The notes beneath the pieces were generated by a model. It was not told the DNA's origin and ran no database searches. It saw nothing but the letters and a program-made list of their open reading frames with translations. A stretch of 64,000 nucleotides of DNA from the human T2T-CHM13v2.0 reference genome, Homo sapiens. Both the position numbers and the translations under genes were made by a program. Positions 1-12,600 of the stretch are shown here, one piece after another (the first letter of the stretch is position 1; each line of letters begins with the position of its first letter). Location: the NCBI RefSeq assembly GCF_009914755.1, contig NC_060925.1, one strand, 5' to 3'.

Positions 1-312
1 GGTATCAACATCAAACGGAAAAAAACGGAATTATCGAATGCAATCGAAGAGAATCATCGAATGGACTCGAATGGAATCATCGAATGGAATGGAATGGAAC
101 AGTCAATGAACACGAATGGAATCATCATTGAATGGAATCGAATGGAATCATCGAGTGGAATCGAATGGAATTATGATCAAATGGAATCGAATGTAATCAT
201 CATCAAATGGAATCAAAAATAACCATCATCAATTGGTATTGAATGGAATTGTCATCAAATGGAATTCAAAGGAATCATCATCAAATGGAACCGAATGGAA
301 TCCTCATTGAAT

Positions 313-1250
313 GGAAATGAAAGGGGTCATCATCTAATGGAATCGCATGGAATCATCATCAAATGGAATCGAATGGAATCATCATCAAATGGAATCTAAT
401 GGAATCATTGAACAGAATTGAATGGAATCGTCATCGAATGAATTGAATGCAATCATCGAATGGTCTCGAATGGAATCATCTTCTAATGGAAAGGAATGGA
501 ATCATCGCATAGAATCGAATGGAATTATCATCGAATGGAATCGAATGGTATCAACACCAAACGGAAAAAAACGGAATTATCGAATGGAATCGAAGAGAAT
601 CTTCGAACGGACCCGAATGGAATCATCTAATGGAATGGAATGGAATAATCCATGGACTCGAATGCAATCATCATCGAATGGAATGGAATGGAATCATCGA
701 ATGGACTCGAATGGAATAATCATTGAACGGAATCGAATGGAATCATCATCGGATGGAAACGAATGGAATCATCATCGAATGGAAATGAAAGGAGTCATCA
801 TCTAATGGAATTGCATGGAATCATCATAAAATGGAATCGAATGGAATCAACATCAAATGGAATCAAATGGAATCATTGAACGGAATTGAATGGAATCGTC
901 ATCGAATGAATTGAATGCAATCATCGAATGGTCTCGAATGGAATCATCTTCAAATGGAATGGAATGGAATCATCGCATAGAATCGAATGGAATTATCATC
1001 GAATGGAATCGAATGGAATCAACATCAAACGGAAAAAAACGGAATTATCGAATGGAATCGAAGAGAATCATCGAATGGACCCGAATGGAATCATCTAATG
1101 GAATGGAATGGAATAATCCATGGACTCGAATGCAATCATCATCGAATGGAATCGAATGGAATCATCGAATGGACTCGAATGGAATAATCATTGAACGGAA
1201 ACGAATGGAATCATCATCGGATGGAAATGAATGGAATCATCATCGAATGG
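313..1250 (+). repeat. Internal 468-bp direct duplication in each unit (sub-repeat A about 313-780, sub-repeat B about 781-1250)
   Basis: GGAAATGAAAGGGGTCATCATCTAATGGAATCGCATGG at 313 versus GGAAATGAAAGGAGTCATCATCTAATGGAATTGCATGG at 781; paired pseudo-ORFs at 422 and 890. Diagnostic differences A/B: AACAGAATT/AACGGAATT, TTCTAATGGAAAGG/TTCAAATGGAATGG, GGTATCAACACC/GGAATCAACATC, AATCTTCGAACGG/AATCATCGAATGG. Confidence 0.93.
397..407 (+). promoter_or_regulatory. TAATGGAATCA, match to DUX4 double-homeodomain consensus TAAYBBAATCA (site 1 of the unit, recurs in most units)
   Basis: Direct motif match; DUX4 binding and activation of HSATII is established for the family, but occupancy of this copy is not shown by sequence. 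Confidence 0.45.
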
Positions 1251-2197
1251 AATCGAATAGAATTATGGAATGAAATCCAGTGTGATCATCATCGAATGGA
1301 CCCGAATGGAATCATCATCCAACGGAAGCTAATGGAATCAACATCGAATGAATCAAATGGAAACACCATCGAATTGAAACGAATGGAATTATCATGAAAT
1401 TGAAATGGATGGACTCATCATCGAATGGATTCGAATGGAATCATCGAATAAAATTGATTGAAATCATCATCGAATGGAATCGAATGGTATCATTGAATGG
1501 AATCGAAAAGAATCATCATCAGATGGAAATGAATGGAATCGTCATAGAATGGAATCGAATGGATTCATTGAATGGAATCAGATGGAATCATCGAATGGAC
1601 TGGAATGGAATCATTGAATGGACTCGAAAGGGATCATGATTGAATGGAATTGAATGGAATCATCGAATGGTCTCGATTGGAATCATTATCAAATGGAATC
1701 GAATGGAATCACCGAATAGAATCGAATGGAACAATCATCGAATGGACTCAAATGGAATTATCCTCAAATGGAATCGAATGGAATTATCGAATGCAATCGA
1801 ATGGAATTATCGAATGCAATCGAATAGAATCATCGAATGGACTCGAATGGAATCATCCAATGGAATGGAATGGAACAGTCAATGAACTCGAATGGAATCA
1901 TCATTGAATGGAATCGAATGGAATCATCGAGTGGAATCGAATGGAATTATGATCAAATGGAATCGAATGTAATCATCATCAAATGGAATCAAAAATAACC
2001 ATCATCAATTGGTATTGAATGGAATTGTCATCAAATGGAATTCAAAGGAATCATCATCAAATGGAACCGAATGGAATCCTCATTGAATGGAAATGAAAGG
2101 GGTCATCATCTAATGGAATCACATGGAATCATCATCAAATGGAATCGAATGGAATCATCATCAAATGGAATCTAATGGAATCATTGAACAGAATTGA
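422..2197 (+). repeat. Representative canonical 1776-bp unit
   Basis: Single-copy landmarks (GAAATCCAGTGTGATC about 1272, GGAAGCTAATGG about 1324, AATAAAATTGATTGAAATC about 1447, GGAACAGTCAATG about 1872, AAAAATAACCATC about 1991, GAATTCAAAGG about 2038) each recur 1776 bp later. Confidence 0.95.
1330..1340 (+). promoter_or_regulatory. TAATGGAATCA, DUX4-consensus match (site 2 of the unit, within GGAAGCTAATGGAATCAAC)
   Basis: Direct motif match; present in full-length units and absent from the 1014- and 1063-bp truncated units. Confidence 0.45.
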
Positions 2198-3973
2198 ATG
2201 GAATGGTCATCGAATGAATTGAATGCAATCATCGAATGGTCTCGAATGGAATCATCTTCTAATGGAAAGGAATGGAATCATCGCATAGAATCGAATGGAA
2301 TTATCATCGAATGGAATCGAATGGTATCAACACCAAACGGAAAAAAACGGAATTATCGAATGGAATCGAAGAGAATCTTCGAACGGACCCGAATGGAATC
2401 ATCTAATGGAATGGAATGGAATAATCCATGGACTCGAATGCAATCATCATCGAATGGAATCGAATGGAATCATCGAATGGACTCGAATGGAATAATCATT
2501 GAACGGAATCGAATGGAATCATCATCGGATGGAAACGAATGGAATCATCATCGAATGGAAATGAAAGGAGTCATCATCTAATGGAATTGCATGGAATCAT
2601 CATAAAATGGAATCGAATGGAATCAACATCAAATGGAATCAAATGGAATCATTGAACGGAATTGAATGGAGTCGTCATCGAATGAATTGAATGCAATCAT
2701 CGAATGGTCTCGAATGGAATCATCTTCAAATGGAATGGAATGGAATCATCGCATAGAATCGAATGGAATTATCATCGAATGGAATCGAATGGAATCAACC
2801 TCAAACGGAAAAAAACGGAATTATCGAATGGAATCGAAGAGAATCATCGAATGGACCCGAATGGAATCATCTAATGGAATGGAATGGAGTAATCCATGGA
2901 CTCGAAGGCAATCATCATCGAATGGAATCGAATGGAATCATCGAATGGACTTGAATGGAATAATCATTGAACGGAATCGAATGGAATCATCATCGGATGG
3001 AAATGAATGGAATCATCATCGAATGGAATCGAATAGAATTATGGAATGAAATCCAGTGTGATCATCATCGAATGGACCCGAATGGAATCATCATCCAACG
3101 GAAGCTAATGGAATCAACATCGAATGAATCGAATGGAAACACCATCGAATTGAAACGAATGGAATTATCATGAAATTGAAATGGATGGACTCATCATCGA
3201 ATGGATTCGAATGGAATCATCGAATAAAATTGATTGAAATCATCATCCAATGGAATCGAATGGTATCATTGAATGGAATCGAATGGAATCATCATCAGAT
3301 GGAAATGAATGGAATCGTCATAGAATGGAATCGAATGGATTCATTGAATGGAATCAGATGGAATCATCGAATGGACTGGAATGGAATCATTGAATGGACT
3401 CGAAAGGGATCATGATTGAATGGAATTGAATGGAATCATCGAATGGTCTCGATTGGAATCATTATCAAATGGAATCGAATGGAATCACCGAATAGAATCG
3501 AATGGAACAATCATCGAATGGACTCAAATGGAATTATCCTCAAATGGAATCGAATGGAATTATCAAATGCAATCGAATGGAATTATCGAATGCAATCGAA
3601 TAGAATAATCGAATGGACTCGAATGGAATCATCGAATGGAATGGAATGGAACAGTCAATGAACTCGAATGGAATCATCATTGAATGGAATCGAATGGAAT
3701 CATCGAGTGGAATCGAATGGAATTATGATGAAATGGAATCGAATGTAATCATCATCAAATGGAATCAAAAATAACCATCATCAATTGGTATTGAATGGAA
3801 TTGTCTTCAAATGGAATTCAAAGGAATCATCATCAAATGGAACCGAATGGAATCCTCATTGAATGGAAATGAAAGGGGTCATCATCTAATGGAATCGCAT
3901 GGAATCATCATCAAATGGAATCGAATGGAATCATCATCAAATGGAATCTAATGGAATCATTGAACAGAATTGA

Positions 3974-5655
3974 ATGGAATCGTCATCGAATGAATTGAAT
4001 GCAATCATCGAATGGTCTCGAATGGAATCATCTTCTAATGGAAAGGAATGGAATCATCGCATAGAATCGAATGGAATTATCATCGAATGGAATCGAATGG
4101 TATCAACACCAAACGGAAAAAAACGGAATTATCGAATGGAATCGAAGAGAATCTTCGAACGGACCCGAATGGAATCATCTAATGGAATGGAATGGAATAA
4201 TCCATGGACTCGAATGCAATCATCATCGAATGGAATCGAATGGAATCATCGAATGGACTCGAATGGAATAATCATTGAACGGAATCGAATGGAATCATCA
4301 TCGGATGGAAACGAATGGAATCATCATCGAATGGAAATGAAAGGAGTCATCATCTAATGGAATTGCATGGAATCATCATAAAATGGAATCGAATGGAATC
4401 AACATCAAATGGAATCAAATGGAATAATTGAACGGAATTGAATGGAATCGTCATCGAATGAATTGAATGCAATCATCGAATGGTCTAGAATGGAATCATC
4501 TTCAAATGGAATGGAATGGAATCATCGCATAGAATCGAATTGAAGTATCATCGAATGGAATGGAATGGAATCAACATCAAACGGAAAAAAACGGAATTAT
4601 CGAATGGAATCGAATGGAATCATCGAATGGACTCGAATGGAATAATCATTGAACGGAATCGAATGGAATCATCATCGGATGGAAATGAATGGAATCATCA
4701 TCGAATGGAATCGAATAGAATTATGGAATGAAATCCAGTGTGATCATCATCGAATGAACCCGAATGGAATCATCATCCAACGGAAGCTAATGGAATCAAC
4801 ATCGAATGAATCGAATGGAAACACCATCGAATTGAAACGAATGGAATTATCTTGAAATTGAAATGGATGGACTCATCATCGAATGGATTCGAATGGAATC
4901 ATCGAATAAAATTGATTGAAATCATCATCCAATGGAATCGAATGGTATCATTGAATGGAATCGAATGGAATCATCATCAGATGGAAATGAATGGAATCGT
5001 CATAGAATGGAATCGAATGGATTCATTGAATGGAATCAGATGGAATCATCGAATGGACTGGAATGGAATCATTGAATGGACTCAAAAGGTTTCATGATTG
5101 AATGGAATTGAATGGAATCATCGAATGGTCTCGATTGGAATCATTATCAAATGGAATCGAATGGAATCACCGAATAGAATCGAATGGAACAATCATCGAA
5201 TGGACTCAAATGGAATTATCCTCAAATGGAATCGAATGGAATTATCGAATGCATTCGAATGGAATTATCGAATGCAATCGAATAGAATCATCGAATGGAC
5301 TCGAATGGAATCATCGAATGGAATGGAATGGAACAGTCAATGAACTCGAATGGAATCATCATTGAATGGAATCGAATGGAATCATCGAGTGGAATCGAAT
5401 GGAATTATGATCAAATGGAATCGAATGTAATCATCATCAAATGGAATCAAACATAACCATCATCAATTGGTATTGAATGGAATTCTCATCAAATGGAATT
5501 CAAAGGAATCATCATCAAATGGAACTGAATGGAATCCTCATTGAATGGAAATGAAAGGGGTCATCATCTAATGGAATCGCATGGAATCATCATCAAATGG
5601 AATCGAATGGAATCATCATCAAATGGAATCTGATGGAATCATTGAACAGAATTGA
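3974..5655 (+). repeat. 1682-bp variant unit (94-bp deletion in sub-repeat B near 4600-4615)
   Basis: Anchor spacing 3974 to 5656; GGAATTATCGAATGGAATCGAA joins directly to TGGAATCATCGAATGGACTCG, omitting the GAGAATC...AATCCATGG segment. Confidence 0.9.
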
Positions 5656-6669
5656 ATGGAATCGTCATCGAATGAATTGAATGCAATCATCGAATGGTCT
5701 CGAATGTAATCATCTTCTAATGGAAAGGAATGGAATCATCGCATAGAAACGAATAGAATTAACATTGAATGGACTCGAAAGGAATCAACATCAAATGGAA
5801 TCAAGCGGAATTATCGAATGAAACCGAAGAGAATCATCGAATGGACTCGAATGGAATCATCTAATGGAATGGAATGGAATAATCCACGGACTCGAATGCA
5901 ATCATCATCGTATAGAATCGAATGGAATCATCGAATGGACTCGAATGGAATAACCATTGAACGGAATCGAATGGAATCATCATCGGATGGAAACGAATGG
6001 AATCATCATCGAATGGAAATGTAAGGAGTCATCATCTAATGGAATTGCATGGAATCATCATCAAATGGAATCGAATGGAATCAACATCAAATGGAATCAA
6101 ATGGAATCATTGAACGGAATTGAATGGAATCGTCATCGAATGAATTGAATGCAATCATCGAATGGTCTCGAATGGAATCATCTTCAAATGGAATGGAATG
6201 GAATCATCGCATAGAATCGAATGGAATTATCATCGAATGGAATCGAATGGTATCAACATCAAACGGAAAAAAACGGAATTATCGAATGCAATCGAAGAGA
6301 ATCATCGAATGGACTCGAATGGAATCATCGAATGGAATGGAATGGAACAGTCAATGAACACGAATGGAATCATCATTGAATGGAATCGAATGGAATCATC
6401 GAGTGGAATCGAATGGAATTATGATCAAATGGAATCGAATGTAATCATCATCAAATGGAATCAAAAATAACCATCATCAATTGGTATTGAATGGAATTGT
6501 CATCAAATGGAATTCAAAGGAATCATCATCAAATGGAACCGAATGGAATCCTCATTGAATGGAAATGAAAGGGGTCATCATCTAATGGAATCGCATGGAA
6601 TCATCATCAAATGGAATCGAATGGAATCATCATCAAATGGAATCTAATGGAATCATTGAACAGAATTGA
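5656..6669 (+). repeat. 1014-bp truncated unit (762-bp deletion, junction about 6275-6345)
   Basis: Anchor spacing 5656 to 6670; AAAAAAACGGAATTATCGAATGCAATCGAAGAG runs on to GGAACAGTCAATG, skipping the CCAGTGTG-containing region. The same junction is at 1-115. Confidence 0.9.
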
Positions 6670-9600
6670 ATGGAATCGTCATCGAATGAATTGAATGCAA
6701 TCATCGAATGGTCTCGAATGGAATCATCTTCTAATGGAAAGGAATGGAATCATCGCATAGAATCGAATGGAATTATCATCGAATGGAATCGAATGGTATC
6801 AACACCAAACGGAAAAAAACGGAATTATCGAATGGAATCGAAGAGAATCTTCGAACGGACCCGAATGGAATCATCTAATGGAATGGAATGGAATAATCCA
6901 TGGACTCGAATGCAATCATCATCGAATGGAATGGAATGGAATCATCGAATGGACTCGAATGGAATAATCATTGAACGGAATCGAATGGAATCATCATCGG
7001 ATGGAAACGAATGGAATCATCATCGAATGGAAATGAAAGGAGTCATCATCTAATGGAATTGCATGGAATCATCATAAAATGGAATCGAATGGAATCAACA
7101 TCAAATGGAATCAAATGGAATCATTGAACGGAATTGAATGGAATCGTCATCGAATGAATTGAATGCAATCATCGAATGGTCTCGAATGGAATCATCTTCA
7201 AATGGAATGGAATGGAATCATCGCATAGAATCGAATGGAATTATCATCGAATGGAATCGAATGGAATCAACATCAAACGGAAAAAAACGGAATTATCGAA
7301 TGGAATCGAAGAGAATCATCGAATGGACCCGAATGGAATCATCTAATGGAATGGAATGGAATAATCCATGGACTCGAATGCAATCATCATCGAATGGAAT
7401 CGAATGGAATCATCGAATGGACTCGAATGGAATAATCATTGAACGGAATCGAATGGAATCATCATCGGATGGAAATGAATGGAATCATCATCGAATGGAA
7501 TCGAATAGAATTATGGAATGAAATCCAGTGTGATCATCATCGAATGGACCCGAATGGAATCATCATCCAACGGAAGCTAATGGAATCAACATCGAATGAA
7601 TCAAATGGAAACACCATCGAATTGAAACGAATGGAATTATCATGAAATTGAAATGGATGGACTCATCATCGAATGGATTCGAATGGAATCATCGAATAAA
7701 ATTGATTGAAATCATCATCGAATGGAATCGAATGGTATCATTGAATGGAATCGAAAAGAATCATCATCAGATGGAAATGAATGGAATCGTCATAGAATGG
7801 AATCGAATGGATTCATTGAATGGAATCAGATGGAATCATCGAATGGACTGGAATGGAATCATTGAATGGACTCGAAAGGGATCATGATTGAATGGAATTG
7901 AATGGAATCATCGAATGGTCTCGATTGGAATCATTATCAAATGGAATCGAATGGAATCACCGAATAGAATCGAATGGAACAATCATCGAATGGACTCAAA
8001 TGGAATTATCCTCAAATGGAATCGAATGGAATTATCGAATGCAATCGAATGGAATTATCGAATGCAATCGAATAGAATCATCGAATGGACTCGAATGGAA
8101 TCATCCAATGGAATGGAATGGAACAGTCAATGAACTCGAATGGAATCATCATTGAATGGAATCGAATGGAATCATCGAGTGGAATCGAATGGAATTATGA
8201 TCAAATGGAATCGAATGTAATCATCATCAAATGGAATCAAAAATAACCATCATCAATTGGTATTGAATGGAATTGTCATCAAATGGAATTCAAAGGAATC
8301 ATCATCAAATGGAACCGAATGGAATCCTCATTGAATGGAAATGAAAGGGGTCATCATCTAATGGAATCGCATGGAATCATCATCAAATGGAATCGAATGG
8401 AATCATCATCAAATGGAATCTAATGGAATCATTGAACAGAATTGAATGGAATGGTCATCGAATGAATTGAATGCAATCATCGAATGGTCTCGAATGGAAT
8501 CATCTTCTAATGGAAAGGAATGGAATCATCGCATAGAATCGAATGGAATTATCATCGAATGGAATCGAATGGTATCAACACCAAACGGAAAAAAACGGAA
8601 TTATCGAATGGAATCGAAGAGAATCTTCGAACGGACCCGAATGGAATCATCTAATGGAATGGAATGGAATAATCCATGGACTCGAATGCAATCATCATCG
8701 AATGGAATCGAATGGAATCATCGAATGGACTCGAATGGAATAATCATTGAACGGAATCGAATGGAATCATCATCGGATGGAAACGAATGGAATCATCATC
8801 GAATGGAAATGAAAGGAGTCATCATCTAATGGAATTGCATGGAATCATCATAAAATGGAATCGAATGGAATCAACATCAAATGGAATCAAATGGAATCAT
8901 TGAACGGAATTGAATGGAGTCGTCATCGAATGAATTGAATGCAATCATCGAATGGTCTCGAATGGAATCATCTTCAAATGGAATGGAATGGAATCATCGC
9001 ATAGAATCGAATGGAATTATCATCGAATGGAATCGAATGGAATCAACCTCAAACGGAAAAAAACGGAATTATCGAATGGAATCGAAGAGAATCATCGAAT
9101 GGACCCGAATGGAATCATCTAATGGAATGGAATGGAGTAATCCATGGACTCGAAGGCAATCATCATCGAATGGAATCGAATGGAATCATCGAGTGGACTC
9201 GAATGGAATAATCATTGAACGGAATCGAATGGAATCATCATCGGATGGAAATGAATGGAATCATCATCGAATGGAATCGAATAGAATTATGGAATGAAAT
9301 CCAGTGTGATCATCATCGAATGGACCCGAATGGAATCATCATCCAATGGAAGCTAATGGAATCAACATCGAATGAATCGAATGGAAACACCATCGAATTG
9401 AAACGAATGGAATTACCATGAAATTGAAATGGATGGACTCATCATCGAATGGATTCGGATGGAATCATCGAATAAAATTGATTGAAATCATCATCGAATG
9501 GAATCGAATGGTATCATTGAATGGAATCGAATGGAATCATCATCAGATGGAAATGAATGGAATCGTCATAGAATGGAATCGAATGGATTCATTGAATGGA

Positions 9601-12600
9601 ATCAGATGGAATCATCGAATGGACTGGAATGGAATCATTGAATGGACTATAAAGGGATCATGATTGAATGGAATTGAATGGAATCATCGAATGGTCTCGA
9701 TTGGAATCATTATCAAATGGAATCGAATGGAATCACCGAATAGAATCGAATGGAACAATCATCGAACGGACTCAAATGGAATTATCCTTAAATGGAATCG
9801 AATGGAATTATCGAATGCAATCGAATGGAATTATCGAATGCAATCGAATAGAATCATCGAATGGACTCGAATGGAATCATCGAATGGAATGGAATGGAAC
9901 AGTCAATGAACTCGAATGGAATCATCATTGAATGGAATCGAATGGAATCATCGAGTGGAATCGAATGGAATTATGATCAAATGGAATCGAATGTAATCAT
10001 CATCAAATGGAATCAAAAATAACCATCATCAATTGGTATTGAATGGAATTGTCATCAAAAGGAATTCAAAGGAATCATCATCAAATGGAACCGAATGGAA
10101 TCCTCATTGAATGGAAATGAAAGGGGTCATCATCTAATGGAATCGCATGGAATCATCATCAAATGGAATCGAATGGAATCATCATCAAATGGAATCTAAT
10201 GGAATCATTGAACAGAATTGAATGGAATCGTCATCGAATGAATTGAATGCAATCATCGAATGGTCTCGAATGGAATCATCTTCTAATGGAAAGGAATGGA
10301 ATCATCGCATAGAATCGAATGGAATTAACATTGAATGGACTCGAATGGAATCAACATCAAACGGAATCAAGCGGAATTATCGAATGGAATCGAAGAGATT
10401 CATCGAATGAACTCGAATGGAATCATCTAATGGAATGGAATGGAATAATCCATGGACCCGAATGCAATCATCATCGTATAAAATAGAATGGAATCATCGA
10501 ATGGACTCGAATGGAATAATCATTGAACGGAATCGAATGGAATCATCATCGGATGGAAACGAATGGAATCATCATCGAATGGAAATGAAAGGAGTCATCA
10601 TCTAATGGAATTGCATGGAATCATCATAAAATGGAATCGAATGGAATCAACATCAAATGGAATCAAATGGAATCATTGAACGGAATTGAATGGAGTCGTC
10701 ATCGAATGAATTGAATGCAATCATCGAAAGGTCTCGAATGGAATCATCTTCAAATGGAATGGAATGGAATCATCGCATAGAGTCGAATGGAATTATCATC
10801 GAATGGAATCGAATGGAATCAACCTCAAACGGAAAAAAACTGAATTATCGAATGGAATCGAAGAGAATCATCGAATGGACCCGAATGGAATCATCTAATG
10901 GAATGGAATGGAATAATCCATGGACTCGAATGCAATCATCATCGAATGGAATCGAATGGAATCATCGAGTGGACTCGAATGGAATAATCATTGAACGGAA
11001 TCGAATGGAATCATCATCGGATGGAAATGAATGGAATCATCATCGAATGGAATCGAATAGAATTATGGAATGAAATCCAGTGTGATCATCATCGAATGGA
11101 CCCGAATGGAATCATCATCCAACGGAAGCTAATGGAATCAACATCGAATGAATCGAATGGAAACACCATCGAATTGAAACGAATGGAATTATCATGAAAT
11201 TGAAATGGATGGACTCATCATCGAATGGATTCGAATGGAATCATCGAATAAAATTGATTGAAATCATCATCCAATGGAATCGAATGGTATCATTGAATGG
11301 AATCGAATGGAATCATCATCAGATGGAAATGAATGGAATCGTCATAGAATGGAATCGAATGGATTCATTGAATGGAATCAGATGGAATCATCGAATGGAC
11401 TGGAATGGAATCATTGAATGGACTCGAAAGGGATCATGATTGAATGGAATTGAATGGAATCATCGAATGGTCTCGATTGGAATCATTATCAAATGGAATC
11501 GAATGGAATCACCGAATAGAATCGAATGGAACAATCATCGAATGGACTCAAATGGAATTATCCTCCAATGGAATCGAATGGAATTATCGAATGCAATCGA
11601 ATGGAATTATCGAATGCAATCGAATAGAATCATCGAATGGACTCGAACGGAATCATCGAATGGAATGGAATGGAACAGTCAATGAACTCGAATGGAATCA
11701 TCATTGAATGGAATCGAATGGAATCATCGAGTGGAATCAAATGGAATTATGATCAAATGGAATCGAATGTAATCATCATCAAATGGAATCAAAAATAACC
11801 ATCATCAATTGGTATTGAATGGAATTGTCATCAAATGGAATTCAAAGGAATCATCATCAAATGGAACTGAATGGAATCCTCATTGAATGGAAATGAAAGG
11901 GGTCATCATCTAATGGAATCGCATGGAATCATCATCAAATGGAATCGAATGGAATCATCATCAAATGGAATCTAATGGAATCATTGAACAGAATTGAATG
12001 GAATCGTCATCGAATGAATTGAATGCAATCATCGAATGGTCTCGAATGGAATCATCTTCTAATGGAAATGAATGGAATCATCGCATAGAATCGAATGGAA
12101 TTAACATTGAATGGACTCGAATGGAATCAACATCAAATGGATTCTAGCGGAATTATCGAATGGAATCGAAGAGATTCATCGAATGGACTCGAATGGAATC
12201 ATCTAATGGAATGGAATGGAATAATCCATGGACCCGAATGCAATCATCATCGTATAAAATCGAATGGAATCATCGAATGGACTCGAATGGAATAATCATT
12301 GAACGGAATCGAATGGAATCATCATCGGATGGAAACGAATGGAATCATCATCGAATGGAAATGAAAGGAGTCATCATCTAATGGAATTGCATGGAATCAT
12401 CATAAAATGGAATCGAATGGAATCAACATCAAATGGAATCAAATGGAATCATTGAACGGAATTGAATGGAGTCGTCATCGAATGAATTGAATGCAATCAT
12501 CGAATGGTCTCGAATGGAATCATCTTCAAATGGAATGGAATGGAATCATCGCATAGAATCGAATGGAATTATCATCGAATGGAATCGAATGGAATCAACC

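Noticed and set aside
565-571. A7 tracts as retroposon poly(A) remnants
   Set aside because: They are fixed parts of both sub-repeats, lack target-site duplications and align to GGAATCAAGCGG in the diverged patch, so they derive from substitutions.
628-646. GAA triplets at 5-bp spacing as heat-shock elements
   Set aside because: Canonical HSEs need alternating inverted nGAAn units; these are all head-to-tail on one strand.
1447-1452. AATAAA polyadenylation signal once per unit
   Set aside because: A hexamer match in A-rich satellite with no evident downstream GU-rich element or transcript evidence; cannot be supported from sequence.
1-9180. The 6248-bp period as evidence for the roughly 6-kb chr16 HSat2 unit
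   Set aside because: It decomposes exactly into 1776-bp-derived units and is confined to the start of the window; similarity in size is not enough without alignment.
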